Shown here: positions 18,806 to 29,092 of the stretch, piece after piece
How positions within the stretch are numbered: position 1 is the stretch's first letter
Layout of the letters: each line of letters begins with the position of its first letter
Origin: a virus
IMG/VR virus record: IMGVR_UViG_2822571654_000002
Length of the DNA: 64,000 nucleotides
Direction: 5' to 3' (one strand)
Made by a program: the position numbers and the translations under genes
The notes under the pieces: generated by a model
Database searches by the model: none
What the model was told of the DNA's origin: nothing
Seen by the model: only the letters and a program-made list of their open reading frames with translations

Positions 18806-19206
18806 TAAATAGACCTCATTTTAAATATGACTTTCTTTTTACTTGTGTTAGGTATAAATCCCTTTAATAAATTAAGCACATCCGGTTTGGTGATACTTGA
18901 GCTATCCTTCGTATACGAATAATCCCCTCCACCAACACTTTCAGACTTAATCCCCTCCATAGCTTTCGTATCAGCATTTTTATAAGCGTAATGCTGCGCC
19001 AACTTCTTACAAGCTAGTTTTACCTCTTTAGGAATTACCGGGAATCTCGTTATATCAGCGAAATTAGCTATGTTAGGAATATTATTAATCTCTGTTTCCG
19101 CCTCAAGTATATCCTGCTCCAATAGAGGAACAGGACGCTTTTTCACTTCAGGCAGCACAGTATAATCTATTAATTCTTGAGCAGTAATAAGCGACATACC
19201 TATCAC
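18805..19206 (-). CDS. Head-tail connector (YqbG-like)
   Basis: KSESVGGGDYSYT connector motif. Confidence 0.75.
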   Translation of the reverse strand: MIGMSLITAQELIDYTVLPEVKKRPVPLLEQDILEAETEINNIPNIANFADITRFPVIPKEVKLACKKLAQHYAYKNADTKAMEGIKSESVGGGDYSYTKDSSSITKPDVLNLLKGFIPNTSKKKVIFKMRSI

Positions 19207-19370
19207 TCCTCTCCCTTAGATTTACTACCTTCTTTTCGGACTGCAAATTGTTCGTTACCACTTAGGTAATCGTACGTTTTCTTTGTAACATTCTCTTCTT
19301 GCCCCAATAAAAATAGACGTTCGTGGACGTCATATGTTTTCCCAACTATTAATTTAGCATAGTAATTCAA
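19203..19370 (-). CDS. YqbF-like small head protein (55 aa, below track cutoff)
   Basis: TTG start; MNYYAKLIVGKTYDVHERLFLLGQEENVTKKTYDYLSGNEQF. Confidence 0.75.
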   Translation of the reverse strand: MNYYAKLIVGKTYDVHERLFLLGQEENVTKKTYDYLSGNEQFAVRKEGSKSKGEE

Positions 19371-19376
19371 AAGTCA

Positions 19377-20306
19377 TCACTCCTTAACTTTGATAACTTT
19401 TGCCACTGCATCTTCCTCTTCGAACTTCACATCAACTTTCGCAGTTAAAACAATAATGAATTTACGAGCACGAATATCCTTATCCACTTCAATTCGAATA
19501 TTACGGCTCATACCTGTCACAATATTTTTAGGAAGAGTTAATAAAATATCAGATACAGTATTGGCTCCATCATTATATGGCTGTAACATAGCAATCCCCT
19601 CTACTGGAATACCATAAGCGGAAGCTAAACCACCTTGAAGTGAAACATCCCCTAAGTTAGTTTGTCGCATTGCTACTTGATCTTTCCATTCAATTTCTAA
19701 ACCATGTGATGTGTAAAACTTCCAATCTTTAGGGTTACGCAGGTATTTAGCAGGAACAGCTTTATAAGCTTTCTTAAATACATCTTTAGTAAATGCACCT
19801 GCAGCACTATCTACAACATGCGACGTTGCTTGTTTGCGCAGACCATCTAATAAAGCTAAATAAGGATCTGTAGATGCTATATCACCATTCAAAATTAATT
19901 CTTCAATATCTAATGCAGCACGATCTGCAATCATCTGCATGATTGTGTTTTGAAGATTCCCACCCTCAATATTGTTTTCCAATGTATCATAAGTAATATG
20001 CACTTCAGCAATTACTTCTTTGGCATTTAACGTAATTGTACTAGTTGATGGAGCAGAGCGATCAGAGTCTTTTAAAGGTACACCTTCAACGCCAGGACGA
20101 AGAATACGGGAACCAAAGCCAATCTTTTCAATTTTAAGTGTGTCTGAAGCCATTTGAATAAAGCGCGAATCCTTTAAAATAGTAGGGGAGTTTTGCACCA
20201 TACGTAAGAATGTATCAGCTTGTTCAGGATTCATTAAACCACCACTAGCCAATGTGGCAAGTGTTACGTCTGCTTTTTCAATAATTGTTTTGTTATTAAG
20301 TGTCAT
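19377..20306 (-). CDS. Major capsid protein (XkdG-like)
   Basis: [16 protein letters not shown] motif; head-module position. Confidence 0.9.
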   Translation of the reverse strand: MTLNNKTIIEKADVTLATLASGGLMNPEQADTFLRMVQNSPTILKDSRFIQMASDTLKIEKIGFGSRILRPGVEGVPLKDSDRSAPSTSTITLNAKEVIAEVHITYDTLENNIEGGNLQNTIMQMIADRAALDIEELILNGDIASTDPYLALLDGLRKQATSHVVDSAAGAFTKDVFKKAYKAVPAKYLRNPKDWKFYTSHGLEIEWKDQVAMRQTNLGDVSLQGGLASAYGIPVEGIAMLQPYNDGANTVSDILLTLPKNIVTGMSRNIRIEVDKDIRARKFIIVLTAKVDVKFEEEDAVAKVIKVKE

Positions 20307-20327
20307 ATACCTTTTCCTCCTTCAGGC

Positions 20328-21362
20328 TTACAGTAAGCCATTCCATACAGATTTTTTGACTTCAATTTTTTCAACAACATCAGTATCTTGTTGATTGCTA
20401 ACGCCTTGAGATTTTTTCAACGTTTCAATCTCTTCACGTAGAGGAGCAGTAGCAGCTTCAACAGCTTTTTCTACTCTAATATCTTCTTCTGTTTTTTCCT
20501 TGTCGATATTAAGATGTTTTTTAACAGAAGCTAATTCCTCTTTAATTGGATTCACTGCTTTCTCTACTGCGGATGCTAATGTCTTTTCTAACTGTTCTTG
20601 ATTAAACTCCATATTATCTTCCTCACTTCCTGCACCTTCTGTTGACGGCGCGACGCGTGTTTTTAGATTTGTTAACGAATCAATAGCTGCATCGATATCG
20701 GACATGTTCACATTACTGATTTTCTTACCAGCTTTTTCTACTGCGAAAAGGAATGTTGCTTCATCATCAGCATCTTTCACAACTTCAGTCTGTTTTTGCC
20801 CACTAAAAAAGCCCTTCACCAATTGGAAGAAGGACTTCATTTGTTTCTCTTCAGTTTTAGTTACTTCTTCCCCAATTAATTCTGTCTCGGCAACTCCTGC
20901 AAGGGAATAACCTGTCATTTTCCCATCTTTAATATCTTTCCATATCTCATCGGTTGCTTCTGTCACCAGTACCCATGTACCTTTTTTGATTATTTCACCA
21001 TTTATTTCCATATCAACAGGAGCTACATAACTTTCTACTACTTTTCCTGCTCCTGCATTAAAATCATGTTGAGTGTCGATATTACGATACTTCGCAATAA
21101 AATTATGAGCGGATTTTTCTATTTCTTCCGCAGTCATGAAATCCCCGTGTGCGTCATGAGTGTTTGGATCATCCGCGCTGCCAGGAGAGTATACAATTCC
21201 ATATACAAGTTTTTGCTCTTCGTCTTCACCTTTAATAATTTTGACTTCTTTTTCAAACGTTGGTTCCTGTTCACTTTTCGTTAAGAAGAATTTCTTTTTG
21301 TTTGCAGCTTTATCCACAATAGAAACAAAGCTTACATCCACGTTTTTTAGTTTTCTTGGCAT
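20328..21362 (-). CDS. XkdF-like prohead protease/scaffold
   Basis: VSIVDKAAN...LVYGIVY...DAHGDFM...IDTQH motifs; helical scaffold tail. Confidence 0.85.
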   Translation of the reverse strand: MPRKLKNVDVSFVSIVDKAANKKKFFLTKSEQEPTFEKEVKIIKGEDEEQKLVYGIVYSPGSADDPNTHDAHGDFMTAEEIEKSAHNFIAKYRNIDTQHDFNAGAGKVVESYVAPVDMEINGEIIKKGTWVLVTEATDEIWKDIKDGKMTGYSLAGVAETELIGEEVTKTEEKQMKSFFQLVKGFFSGQKQTEVVKDADDEATFLFAVEKAGKKISNVNMSDIDAAIDSLTNLKTRVAPSTEGAGSEEDNMEFNQEQLEKTLASAVEKAVNPIKEELASVKKHLNIDKEKTEEDIRVEKAVEAATAPLREEIETLKKSQGVSNQQDTDVVEKIEVKKSVWNGLL

Positions 21363-21408
21363 TTACTCACCCCCTTTCAAATATGAATCAGCTTAATTTT
21401 AGAAGTCT

Positions 21409-22335
21409 TCATTTCATGTTCAACTCCTTCAAAGTTTCTTCCCTCATCTTCTGTTTCTCTTCTTCAGATAGGCCTAATATATTGTTATCTACGGCAGGGG
21501 ACATAATACATTTACAGTTAATTCTTTCACGCCCACTTAACGAACTATCACGAGGAAACATACACCGTTCTCCAGAACCGGGGAGCTCAAATTCTTCCTC
21601 TACCAGAACCGTTGTACCGTCATAAGCCACATGATTGTCACGAGGTCGATTGTTCTTTGTACCGCTATGACGCCACTTCTTACCTATTACAGCAGGGGAT
21701 TGGCGATATGATTCAAATTGAGAAGCAGAACATGCTGCGAGGACCTCTGTCTGCGCTGTTGTCTTTGCTCTTTTACGGTCGAATTCCGGTAGCTTCGCAA
21801 GCTCTCTTGCTATTTCACGAATACCTTTCTCTTTCTCTAATCCCTCGTTTAAAATACGCTCTACCGCTTTTTGCGAGTTAATCTGCATTAACTTACCTAA
21901 TTCATCAGACCAACTATTAATCCACTTTGTAGTGCGTTTTGAGAAGACATTAAACTGAATATCAGGATCAATTGCATCCATGAAAGCTTTCGTCATATCC
22001 TTCATCGTGTAATTAAGGAACTTCCTCGCTACTTTACTCAAACTTTTAGCGAATGTATCAGCTCCAAATAGACTGCCAGTAACAAAGTTAATAACATCCT
22101 TTATCGTGATACCCTTTTCGATAGCATCCTTTTTCGTATAGTTCTTAATTCCATCAACAATGTACTTCTTCTGCTTCCGAAGTAGCTTGGCAACTTCCTT
22201 TTCGAAGTCCTCAACGTATCCCGGTAACATGTCCAATACTTCCAGATCATCAGGCAATGAATCTGTAAAATCACCAGTATCAGCTTTCTCTATCCACTCA
22301 TTTAATGAATCTAGCAGTTTATCAATCTTCTGCAT
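21409..22335 (-). CDS. Minor head morphogenesis protein (SPP1 gp7/Mu F-like)
   Basis: KKWRHSG...RDNHVAYDG...INCKC motif. Confidence 0.88.
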   Translation of the reverse strand: MQKIDKLLDSLNEWIEKADTGDFTDSLPDDLEVLDMLPGYVEDFEKEVAKLLRKQKKYIVDGIKNYTKKDAIEKGITIKDVINFVTGSLFGADTFAKSLSKVARKFLNYTMKDMTKAFMDAIDPDIQFNVFSKRTTKWINSWSDELGKLMQINSQKAVERILNEGLEKEKGIREIARELAKLPEFDRKRAKTTAQTEVLAACSASQFESYRQSPAVIGKKWRHSGTKNNRPRDNHVAYDGTTVLVEEEFELPGSGERCMFPRDSSLSGRERINCKCIMSPAVDNNILGLSEEEKQKMREETLKELNMK

Positions 22336-23860
22336 CTTGCATCGACTCCAATAAGTCTCGCACATCTTTCATTACATTTACGAGTTCTTCCTTAGCATTA
22401 CCACCAGCTGATTTTTGTAGCTTCTCACTTAACCCTTCCTCCCAACCACTTACCTTACGATGTCTTTCTAAAACTAAAGCAACTGGTTGATCCGCTTCAG
22501 GAATATCATAATCTGAGAACTCTTTATTTAGCATATTGCCAGCAATATTGCGTATATCCTGGAATGTTAAACCACCCTTATCAGCAAGCACCTCAATGGT
22601 TTTAACCATATCCTCCGTGTTACTGATCTCTGATTTTCGTAGGTTTACGTATACGTATTTTAATCCATATGGAAGTAGCAGCACATTGTTAATAATAAAT
22701 TCTAAAGCGCTTCGTTCCGGTTCAAATACCTGCTCCTCTGTAATCTCTCGTACAGATTCAGCAGTTGCTCTGTTAAAGTCGCGAATATAACCTACATATA
22801 CGTCTGGTAAACGGAATGCTGATTGTACTTTTTGGCGTGATTTCTCATCATATTCAAGAAATAGAGCATCATTTTGCAGGATATCTGCTAGTGATTTAAG
22901 CTCGATATCCACTGACGTTGGAGTATCACCTACAATACCCTCTTCAGCACTTTCCACTTGCAGTAGCAGATATTTATGTTGATTATCTTCACCTTCAACA
23001 TTCGAAACATAATCAGTTAGAGCTGCTTCACTTTCTTCTGATAAAATCCCATTCTTCAGTAAGATAGCCATCGGAATATGACGCCCTTGTTTGAAATAGC
23101 GTAGATTTAATTCCTCTGCCTTCCTAGCTCCTACCATATGAACAACATGCGATACCCAACGTGGGATACCATAAGGGCCATTCCCTATCTTCAGTTGTAT
23201 TACTTCAGTGGCGTTTTTTTCGCCAAATGTAGAAGTACCAAATTGGCCAGTTTCTTTATTCAAGAAACGTGGATCCCCGAATTCTTTAAAGTACGTGTCA
23301 GTATTTCCTACTCGCTGCACATAGCGACGAAATAGTTTTTTTCTTTTAACTTCATTTCCGTTAATGGTATAAGTAACCTCTTGAGGTTTATCATCCTTAC
23401 GTGTGACCCTCATGTACTGCGACAACATATTTACTAATTCAGCAGGTTTCCCATCTAAATTACGAATCACTTCAATATATCCATTGCCTGTGGTTTCTCT
23501 ATCGTCGATACTTGTCTCAAGAACTTCTTTAAACGGTTTGTCGAAACTAAATAAAGGAATTACCTCATCATTCACAAAGGACCATTCCATTTTCATCTCT
23601 GTCGTTTCTTTAATATCCCCTTGCTTATACTTCATCTCATGACCAAATCCAGCAATATTACGCTTATACGCATCAATACATTGCCCTAGAATCGTACTAT
23701 TTTCCCTAATCTGCTGCAAATCTTCAATTCTATAAGGTGGTTCGATAATATCATTAACTGCGTTCTTCTCATTCTCGCTCTCTTGTTGGCGAGATAATAC
23801 TTGAGTACTTATCCCTGCTGCCTTAATTACCTTTGCACTAACTTTCCTTTTCTTTGTCAT
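22322..23860 (-). CDS. Portal protein (PBSX-like)
   Basis: Follows terL; YGIPRW...NLRYFKQG motif. Confidence 0.9.
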   Translation of the reverse strand: MTKKRKVSAKVIKAAGISTQVLSRQQESENEKNAVNDIIEPPYRIEDLQQIRENSTILGQCIDAYKRNIAGFGHEMKYKQGDIKETTEMKMEWSFVNDEVIPLFSFDKPFKEVLETSIDDRETTGNGYIEVIRNLDGKPAELVNMLSQYMRVTRKDDKPQEVTYTINGNEVKRKKLFRRYVQRVGNTDTYFKEFGDPRFLNKETGQFGTSTFGEKNATEVIQLKIGNGPYGIPRWVSHVVHMVGARKAEELNLRYFKQGRHIPMAILLKNGILSEESEAALTDYVSNVEGEDNQHKYLLLQVESAEEGIVGDTPTSVDIELKSLADILQNDALFLEYDEKSRQKVQSAFRLPDVYVGYIRDFNRATAESVREITEEQVFEPERSALEFIINNVLLLPYGLKYVYVNLRKSEISNTEDMVKTIEVLADKGGLTFQDIRNIAGNMLNKEFSDYDIPEADQPVALVLERHRKVSGWEEGLSEKLQKSAGGNAKEELVNVMKDVRDLLESMQDAED

Positions 23861-23874
23861 TAAGTTGCTTCACC

Positions 23875-24759
23875 TCATTTCTTTTTCTTCTTTTTACGTA
23901 ATCCGAATATAATCGTGTTAATGAAGTATCTCGTTTCGTCCATGTGATGGTCATTCTCTTTAAGTGGTTTATCCTCACCGCGTTGGATCGCTTTTTCATC
24001 CCATATATAAGAGGCAAACTCCTTAAACGTCTCAACGCAGCAATCGTTAAAGTATGTTCTGCCTGTATTAAGCGCTATACCAACGTTTCCAATTCCCTCT
24101 TTCACATTATTACGAGCCTTATATACTTTCCTCTTATTACGCATCAATACAGCGATAAACGAAGCAGCCGAGGGGTCAACTACTGTTCCTTTAATTGGCA
24201 AACCACCAACGAATTCCTCATAGTCTTCGTAGTATTCCTGATCTGTTTTCTGCTTCTCTGCATCACGGCCACTATAATGGTACTCCTTGATTTTATACCA
24301 CACTTCTTTGTCGCCTTCTTCAATACATTTACCCCATAATCCGTACGCCATAGCGTTCTGCGTACCGTAGTCGCAAGAAACATAATACTCAACGTAATTA
24401 CGATCTACTAGATCAACTTTGTGCACTTCTTCCTTAAACATATCAAATACAAGACCTGAAGCAGCTGCCCACAATCCTAAAATGTACCGTTTGAAGAAGA
24501 CACCGCTATATAACTTGTAATAACGTTGTTTTGTCTTCTTAGAAAGGGATAAGTTATCATCCATAGTAAAGCGAACATGCAGTAAATTCTTTTCCTTACG
24601 CTTATCGAGCCATTCCAACTTAAACCAGTGATATGGACCTGCCGGATTGCAGTTGAACCATATTTTTGAGCCCTCTACTGAACAACGACCTGTCGCCTGA
24701 TCTACGAAACTCCGAACCATCAGTGCTACCTCGTCAAAGAAACAGCCTGCTAAAGTGAT
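23875..24759 (-). CDS. terL: Terminase large subunit, exon 2 (Walker B and nuclease domain)
   Basis: Begins ATC ACT TTA GCA = ITLAGCFFDEVALM; NCNPAGP, VSCDYGT and DHHMDETRY motifs. Confidence 0.93.
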   Translation of the reverse strand: MTLAGCFFDEVALMVRSFVDQATGRCSVEGSKIWFNCNPAGPYHWFKLEWLDKRKEKNLLHVRFTMDDNLSLSKKTKQRYYKLYSGVFFKRYILGLWAAASGLVFDMFKEEVHKVDLVDRNYVEYYVSCDYGTQNAMAYGLWGKCIEEGDKEVWYKIKEYHYSGRDAEKQKTDQEYYEDYEEFVGGLPIKGTVVDPSAASFIAVLMRNKRKVYKARNNVKEGIGNVGIALNTGRTYFNDCCVETFKEFASYIWDEKAIQRGEDKPLKENDHHMDETRYFINTIIFGLRKKKKKK

Positions 24760-25741
24760 CTATTTGTTATCGCAGTGGCTTTTTATCCTCTGCTTCTTAT
24801 AGTTTCCTATAAGTTCGGCGTACGTTTTCAACCAATAAAAAAGACAACCTACATTGGTTGTCGGGCACTCTTGGAAGGATTATATTTATTCACCTTCTAC
24901 GCTCTACGGTGACAAGTAGCCTTTCGCGATCTACTTGTTTACCTCGGCATTCACTTATCTCTTTTTAACAGGATCTAATATTTCTGCTACAGTTTTACCT
25001 TTTCTTCTTCTGTTCGCTAATACTGAATATGGTAAGTTTAAATGTCTAGCCCACTCTGGCATTGTCATGGTCATACCATTATGTATTAATACAATGTTAT
25101 TTCGTTTATTGTTACCTTGTGTGATGTCATCTGCCCATCTACAATTATTCGGTTCATAATCGCCGTTAAAATCAATTCTATCAACGGAAAGTGATTCATT
25201 GTATCCGTTATTAATTGACCAATTATAGAAGTTCATAAAATCATTTTTCCACTCATCACACATAACAATTCCTCTATCACCATACAGATGATACTCAGGA
25301 TATTTTTCATAATAACATCTCTCTTTTATCTTGTTGTATATCTTATATAATCTCGTTTTAGATAAACCATGACTTTTATTAGGATTATTTATTTTGAAAT
25401 TGTTAGCAACTAATACCTTTTCGCGATAACATCCGCAACTTTTATAAATGTTTTTCGCTTTTATTTGGTCTGCCCTCCTAACAAATTCTTTACCACATTC
25501 ACATTTACACTTCCAAAATACGCGTTTACGTTTCCCTTCTCCTTGAAAGTGAGAGAATCCTAAAACCTTAATCATATCAAACACTTCACCTGTTAAATCT
25601 TTCATGAATAACACCTCTTTTTGTTATGTAATAATTATACTACATAACAACCAGTTAGTGTCATACCTTTAAAAAGAAACTTAGCGTCTGCCGATTTTGC
25701 CCGATGTTTGCCACCATATTACTATAGTGGAGGGCATCACT
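24760..25741 (-). mobile_element. Group I self-splicing intron (982 nt) in terL, carrying a homing endonuclease
   Basis: 5' exon ends in U (CAG GGU), intron ends in G. P1 AGGGU/GCCCU, P10 AGUGAU/AUCACU, P2 CCACUAUA-GUAA-UAUGGUGG, P3 CGGGCA/UGCCCG, P4 UCGGCA/UGCCGA, P7 GCGUA/UACGC, P8 GACAACC/GGUUGUC, P9 CUUAUAG-GAAA-CUAUAAG. Splicing restores DLIQG|ITLAG in frame. Confidence 0.92.
24955..25605 (-). CDS. Intron-encoded HNH-type homing endonuclease
   Basis: WKCKCECG...SCGC and SVDRIDFNGDYEPNNCRWA...QGNNKR motifs; GAGGTG SD before ATG at 25605. Confidence 0.88.
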   Translation of the reverse strand: MKDLTGEVFDMIKVLGFSHFQGEGKRKRVFWKCKCECGKEFVRRADQIKAKNIYKSCGCYREKVLVANNFKINNPNKSHGLSKTRLYKIYNKIKERCYYEKYPEYHLYGDRGIVMCDEWKNDFMNFYNWSINNGYNESLSVDRIDFNGDYEPNNCRWADDITQGNNKRNNIVLIHNGMTMTMPEWARHLNLPYSVLANRRRKGKTVAEILDPVKKR

Positions 25742-26161
25742 ACCCTGTATTAAATCTTGTGAACTTTCATCTTTCCCACCAAAAATGTAAAAGAAATTAG
25801 TAACTCCATCCTTAGTAATTGAGAGCATATTTTCACTTCTATGATCTTTAACCTTATAACCACGAGACTTGAGCATTTTTTTAAGCGGCGTTATAACGTT
25901 ACGACGATGCGAACCAATTGTTTTCCCGCACATACCGAAGTTCTCACCTTCGAATGATTCCATTGCCCACATAACATAGGAAAGAGCCATCGATACTGTT
26001 TTTCCGGCACGAATAGAACCATCGCAAATAATCCCGTCATAATCTTTAACGGGACTGTTAGGCTTCCACCAGGTTAATACCTTCAGCTGCTTCTTGGAGA
26101 ATGGTTTAAATTTAAAGGGAGCAGGTTTCTTGTTACGCTTCGGAATCGTCGTCATGGTCAT
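25742..26161 (-). CDS. terL: Terminase large subunit, exon 1 (Walker A)
   Basis: CDGSIRAGKT; ends GGKDESSQDLIQG. The track ORF reads 27 codons into the intron. Confidence 0.93.
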
Positions 26162-26930
26162 CCCACACTTCCTCTACCTTTCCTTTTAGCGCCTCTTTGA
26201 AACCATCGTCTTCATACTCTTCCCCATCTTCTCCCTTAATACGAGCAGTGTCAGCTTTCGTTTTTTCAATGTTAACTTTCATCTGCTCTAACTTCAATCG
26301 TCTCTCATCATCAGCATTTGCTAACTTATCGAACCTCTCAATCATAGAGGATAACGCTGTCATAGCGCGCGAATAAGCTGTAAGTAAATTAGCTTGTTTA
26401 TCCCATGCAAACTGCACTGTGTATGCGTCTCCATTCAGTGATTCGCTAATCATCTCTTTTGACATATCATTTTGACTGCGAACATGCATAATACGTTGCG
26501 AATTAAGGATATTGAAGTACTGCAGTTGAATAGAGTGAAATAGCATATCTAATTCAGTATGATTTTGTATTTCATCTAGCAATTCCATCGCATGCGGATC
26601 GTCACTCGGGATTATCTTCCTAAACAATCCATGCGTCATAGCGTTATGGTTCCCTTTTGGCGGGCCATGCCCTACTGCATTCTTGTTCCCATACTTAGGA
26701 TTCTTGTTTCCCCGATTACCCACTGCATTCTTATTCCCAATGGGTGCACCTGTTTTCTTGGTTTGGGTGCATCCTTTTTCGTCTTTTGGGTGCACCCCTT
26801 TTCGATTCCAGCCATGCCTTTTTCTCCAGGACTTAATTGTATTAATACTGACCTCATATTTCTCAGCCAGTTCCTTATACTTCATACCTTGCATGTAATC
26901 TTCTTGAGCTAACTCGTGTTTTTGTTTCAC
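26133..26930 (-). CDS. terS: Terminase small subunit
   Basis: N-terminal HTH, GAPIGNKNA(VG) repeats, NAMTHGLF motif. Confidence 0.9.
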   Translation of the reverse strand: MKQKHELAQEDYMQGMKYKELAEKYEVSINTIKSWRKRHGWNRKGVHPKDEKGCTQTKKTGAPIGNKNAVGNRGNKNPKYGNKNAVGHGPPKGNHNAMTHGLFRKIIPSDDPHAMELLDEIQNHTELDMLFHSIQLQYFNILNSQRIMHVRSQNDMSKEMISESLNGDAYTVQFAWDKQANLLTAYSRAMTALSSMIERFDKLANADDERRLKLEQMKVNIEKTKADTARIKGEDGEEYEDDGFKEALKGKVEEVWDDHDDDSEA

Positions 26931-27069
26931 TCCATATCACCCACCACCTTCTATATAATAGGAAGAAACTCGTTATAACTCTTCCTTATAGTAATTACTC
27001 TTCAAAATCCCTTTATTTAAATGTATAATTATATAAAAAGTTCTAAAAATTTGAATCGAGGTGAAAATC

Positions 27070-27273
27070 ATGAGAAGTTTTAGTTCATTATTGATCTCTA
27101 CTATCTGTTCAGCAATCCTCTTAGTTTGTAGTTCCCTTTCTTTTTATAATGAATTCTCAACAGGACATACATACTACTGGATTTACGGTATCATAGCCTT
27201 GGTTTTCCTTCTATTCTTTATCTTAAACGTGCGAGATATCATCAAGAAAAACTATAGAACATCAGGACAATAG
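27070..27273 (+). CDS. Small two-TM membrane protein (moron)
   Basis: Opposite strand to late genes; two hydrophobic helices; GAGGTG SD. Confidence 0.65.
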   Translation: MRSFSSLLISTICSAILLVCSSLSFYNEFSTGHTYYWIYGIIALVFLLFFILNVRDIIKKNYRTSGQ

Positions 27274-27285
27274 GAGTTGATACAT

Positions 27286-27507
27286 ATGTGGAAAAAAATT
27301 AAGAATTATAGATTGAGCTTAAAAGATTTAAAGTTCATGTTATGGTTGTTCGGTATTACTTGTTTTATATACAGCTACAATTTCATTACAGGATTAGCTT
27401 TTGACTACAAATTCCAAGTCTATGATTTAGGTGGCTCTATAGCGACATTCGCCGCATTTATGGATACTAAGAATAGGATTAAAAATAAGAATTATAAGAC
27501 TGCGTAA
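27286..27507 (+). CDS. Small membrane protein (moron)
   Basis: AGGAG SD; co-transcribed with the previous ORF. Confidence 0.6.
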   Translation: MWKKIKNYRLSLKDLKFMLWLFGITCFIYSYNFITGLAFDYKFQVYDLGGSIATFAAFMDTKNRIKNKNYKTA

Positions 27508-27580
27508 TGTAAATGGGATCCTTCAGGGTTCCTTTTTCTATGCAAAATAAAAAAGCAGCGGATTCGCTACTTTTAATTAA

Positions 27581-27979
27581 TTAACAATGATACAGTTGAC
27601 CACGAATTTCGCCATTAGGATGTTGTACAGTATGAACATTAATATAAATGTTTCCAGCGATGATTTCATTTACAAGAGCCTCTAATGTTTGACCAGCCAA
27701 CGGCCCAACCAAATCCTCTTGAGTAATTATTCCTGTAAAAGTTGCACACTCTATTGAAACTGGATTTGTTATAGGTCCAAATAAAAAAGCTACAACAGGA
27801 CCATTTGTTCCTTTTGCTCCTAGATGCAGATGGGCAACTACTACATTCTCTATATCAAATAACTCCAACTTAAATTTTAAACTAAGCTCGTCCCGGCTCA
27901 ATTTAAAGAAAGCTTGTCCTCGAGCATCTGTTTCTACTGGTGGAACTTCATTTCTGCCACGTAACTTTGCGAAGAACAT
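27581..27979 (-). CDS. CHRD-domain protein
   Basis: LRGRNEVPPV...AHLHLGAKGTNGPVV...YINVHTVQHPNGEIRGQL. Confidence 0.9.
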   Translation of the reverse strand: MFFAKLRGRNEVPPVETDARGQAFFKLSRDELSLKFKLELFDIENVVVAHLHLGAKGTNGPVVAFLFGPITNPVSIECATFTGIITQEDLVGPLAGQTLEALVNEIIAGNIYINVHTVQHPNGEIRGQLYHC

Positions 27980-28083
27980 ATTTATCACTCCTATGCTTTT
28001 TATTTACTCCTAATATATTCATGTCCTTCTTATATGGTGAAAAAATAAAAAGTAGCTGTTAGGCTACTTTAACTGTTTATTAT

Positions 28084-28662
28084 TTACTTATATTCCTCCT
28101 CTTTTAATTCTTTCGCTTTAGCATAAATAGTAGAACGCGGAACTCCCGTCATTTTTGAAATATCATTTACACTTAATCCATTCTCTTTCCTATTAAAGAA
28201 TAAGTTCATAGCCTGCTTAACCTGTTTTTCATCCTGTCCTTTACGTCCCATATGTTTACCCATCGCTTTAGCTCTTTCTCTTCCTTCAGCTGTTCTTTCA
28301 TTAATTAAATCTCTTTCAAACTCAGCAATTGCCCCTAACATAGTAAACATCAATTTACCTGCTGGTGTAGAGAAATCAATTTGTTCTTTAAGAAATACCA
28401 CCGCTATTCCTCTATCCGCTAATTGATTTACAATCTTATGCAAATCAAATATTGATCTAGCTAAACGATCTATTTTACAAACAACAAATTTATCTCCTTC
28501 TCTCATATACTCTAATGCCTTTTGCAATTCTTCCCGATCACTATTAGCTCCACTGTACTTTTCAGAATATATTTTGTCACATCCATATTCTGTTAATCTT
28601 TCAATTTGCGCATCTAAATTTTGATCTTTTGTACTTACCCTTGCATAACCAACAATAGCCAT
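28084..28662 (-). CDS. Small serine recombinase (resolvase/invertase)
   Basis: VGYARVST catalytic motif, KIDRLARS, C-terminal HTH. Confidence 0.92.
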   Translation of the reverse strand: MAIVGYARVSTKDQNLDAQIERLTEYGCDKIYSEKYSGANSDREELQKALEYMREGDKFVVCKIDRLARSIFDLHKIVNQLADRGIAVVFLKEQIDFSTPAGKLMFTMLGAIAEFERDLINERTAEGRERAKAMGKHMGRKGQDEKQVKQAMNLFFNRKENGLSVNDISKMTGVPRSTIYAKAKELKEEEYK

Positions 28663-28954
28663 CCAAATCACCTCAAAATAGTCTAAAAGTCTAAAGAATT
28701 ATATACTTATATTTTAGACTATCTTCTAGACATTAACAACTATCTGTTTACAAAGTTTTTACCCTATAAATTTTAAATGTACAAAAGGGTCAACTTTTAG
28801 ACAGTTAAGCAGGACAGTTATTTTCTTTCGTTGTGTTCGTTTGTTTTGTAAAACAGGACAAATCTATCAATTCAGTTAAATCTATAAATCTAACTATCAC
28901 ATTTTATAGTTTTATTCATATACTGTATTAGATTGCTAGAAAGGAGGCGTAAGC

Positions 28955-29092
28955 ATGGACAGTTGTGTTTTGTTCGTTAATGGACAACCTTTTTTAGTGG
29001 TCTCAGTTGCTGGAATCGAAATTGCTAGATTAGAGCTTTCTCTTCAAGTAGCATTGACTTTAATAGCATTAGGGATTCCAATTTGTGCGTAA
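28955..29092 (+). CDS. Small Bacillus protein (DUF3956-like, 45 aa)
   Basis: GGAGG SD; MDSCVLFVNGQPFLVVSVAGIEIARLELSLQVALTLIALGIPICA; followed by a hairpin terminator. Confidence 0.75.
   Translation: MDSCVLFVNGQPFLVVSVAGIEIARLELSLQVALTLIALGIPICA

Noticed and set aside
23875-26161. terL as two genes or a pseudogene broken by an HNH insertion
   Set aside because: Exact group I splice signals restore a single in-frame 434-aa protein.
28084-28662. Serine recombinase as the prophage integrase
   Set aside because: 193 aa resolvase-type with a C-terminal HTH; lacks the recombinase and zinc-ribbon domains of large serine integrases and lies mid-genome.
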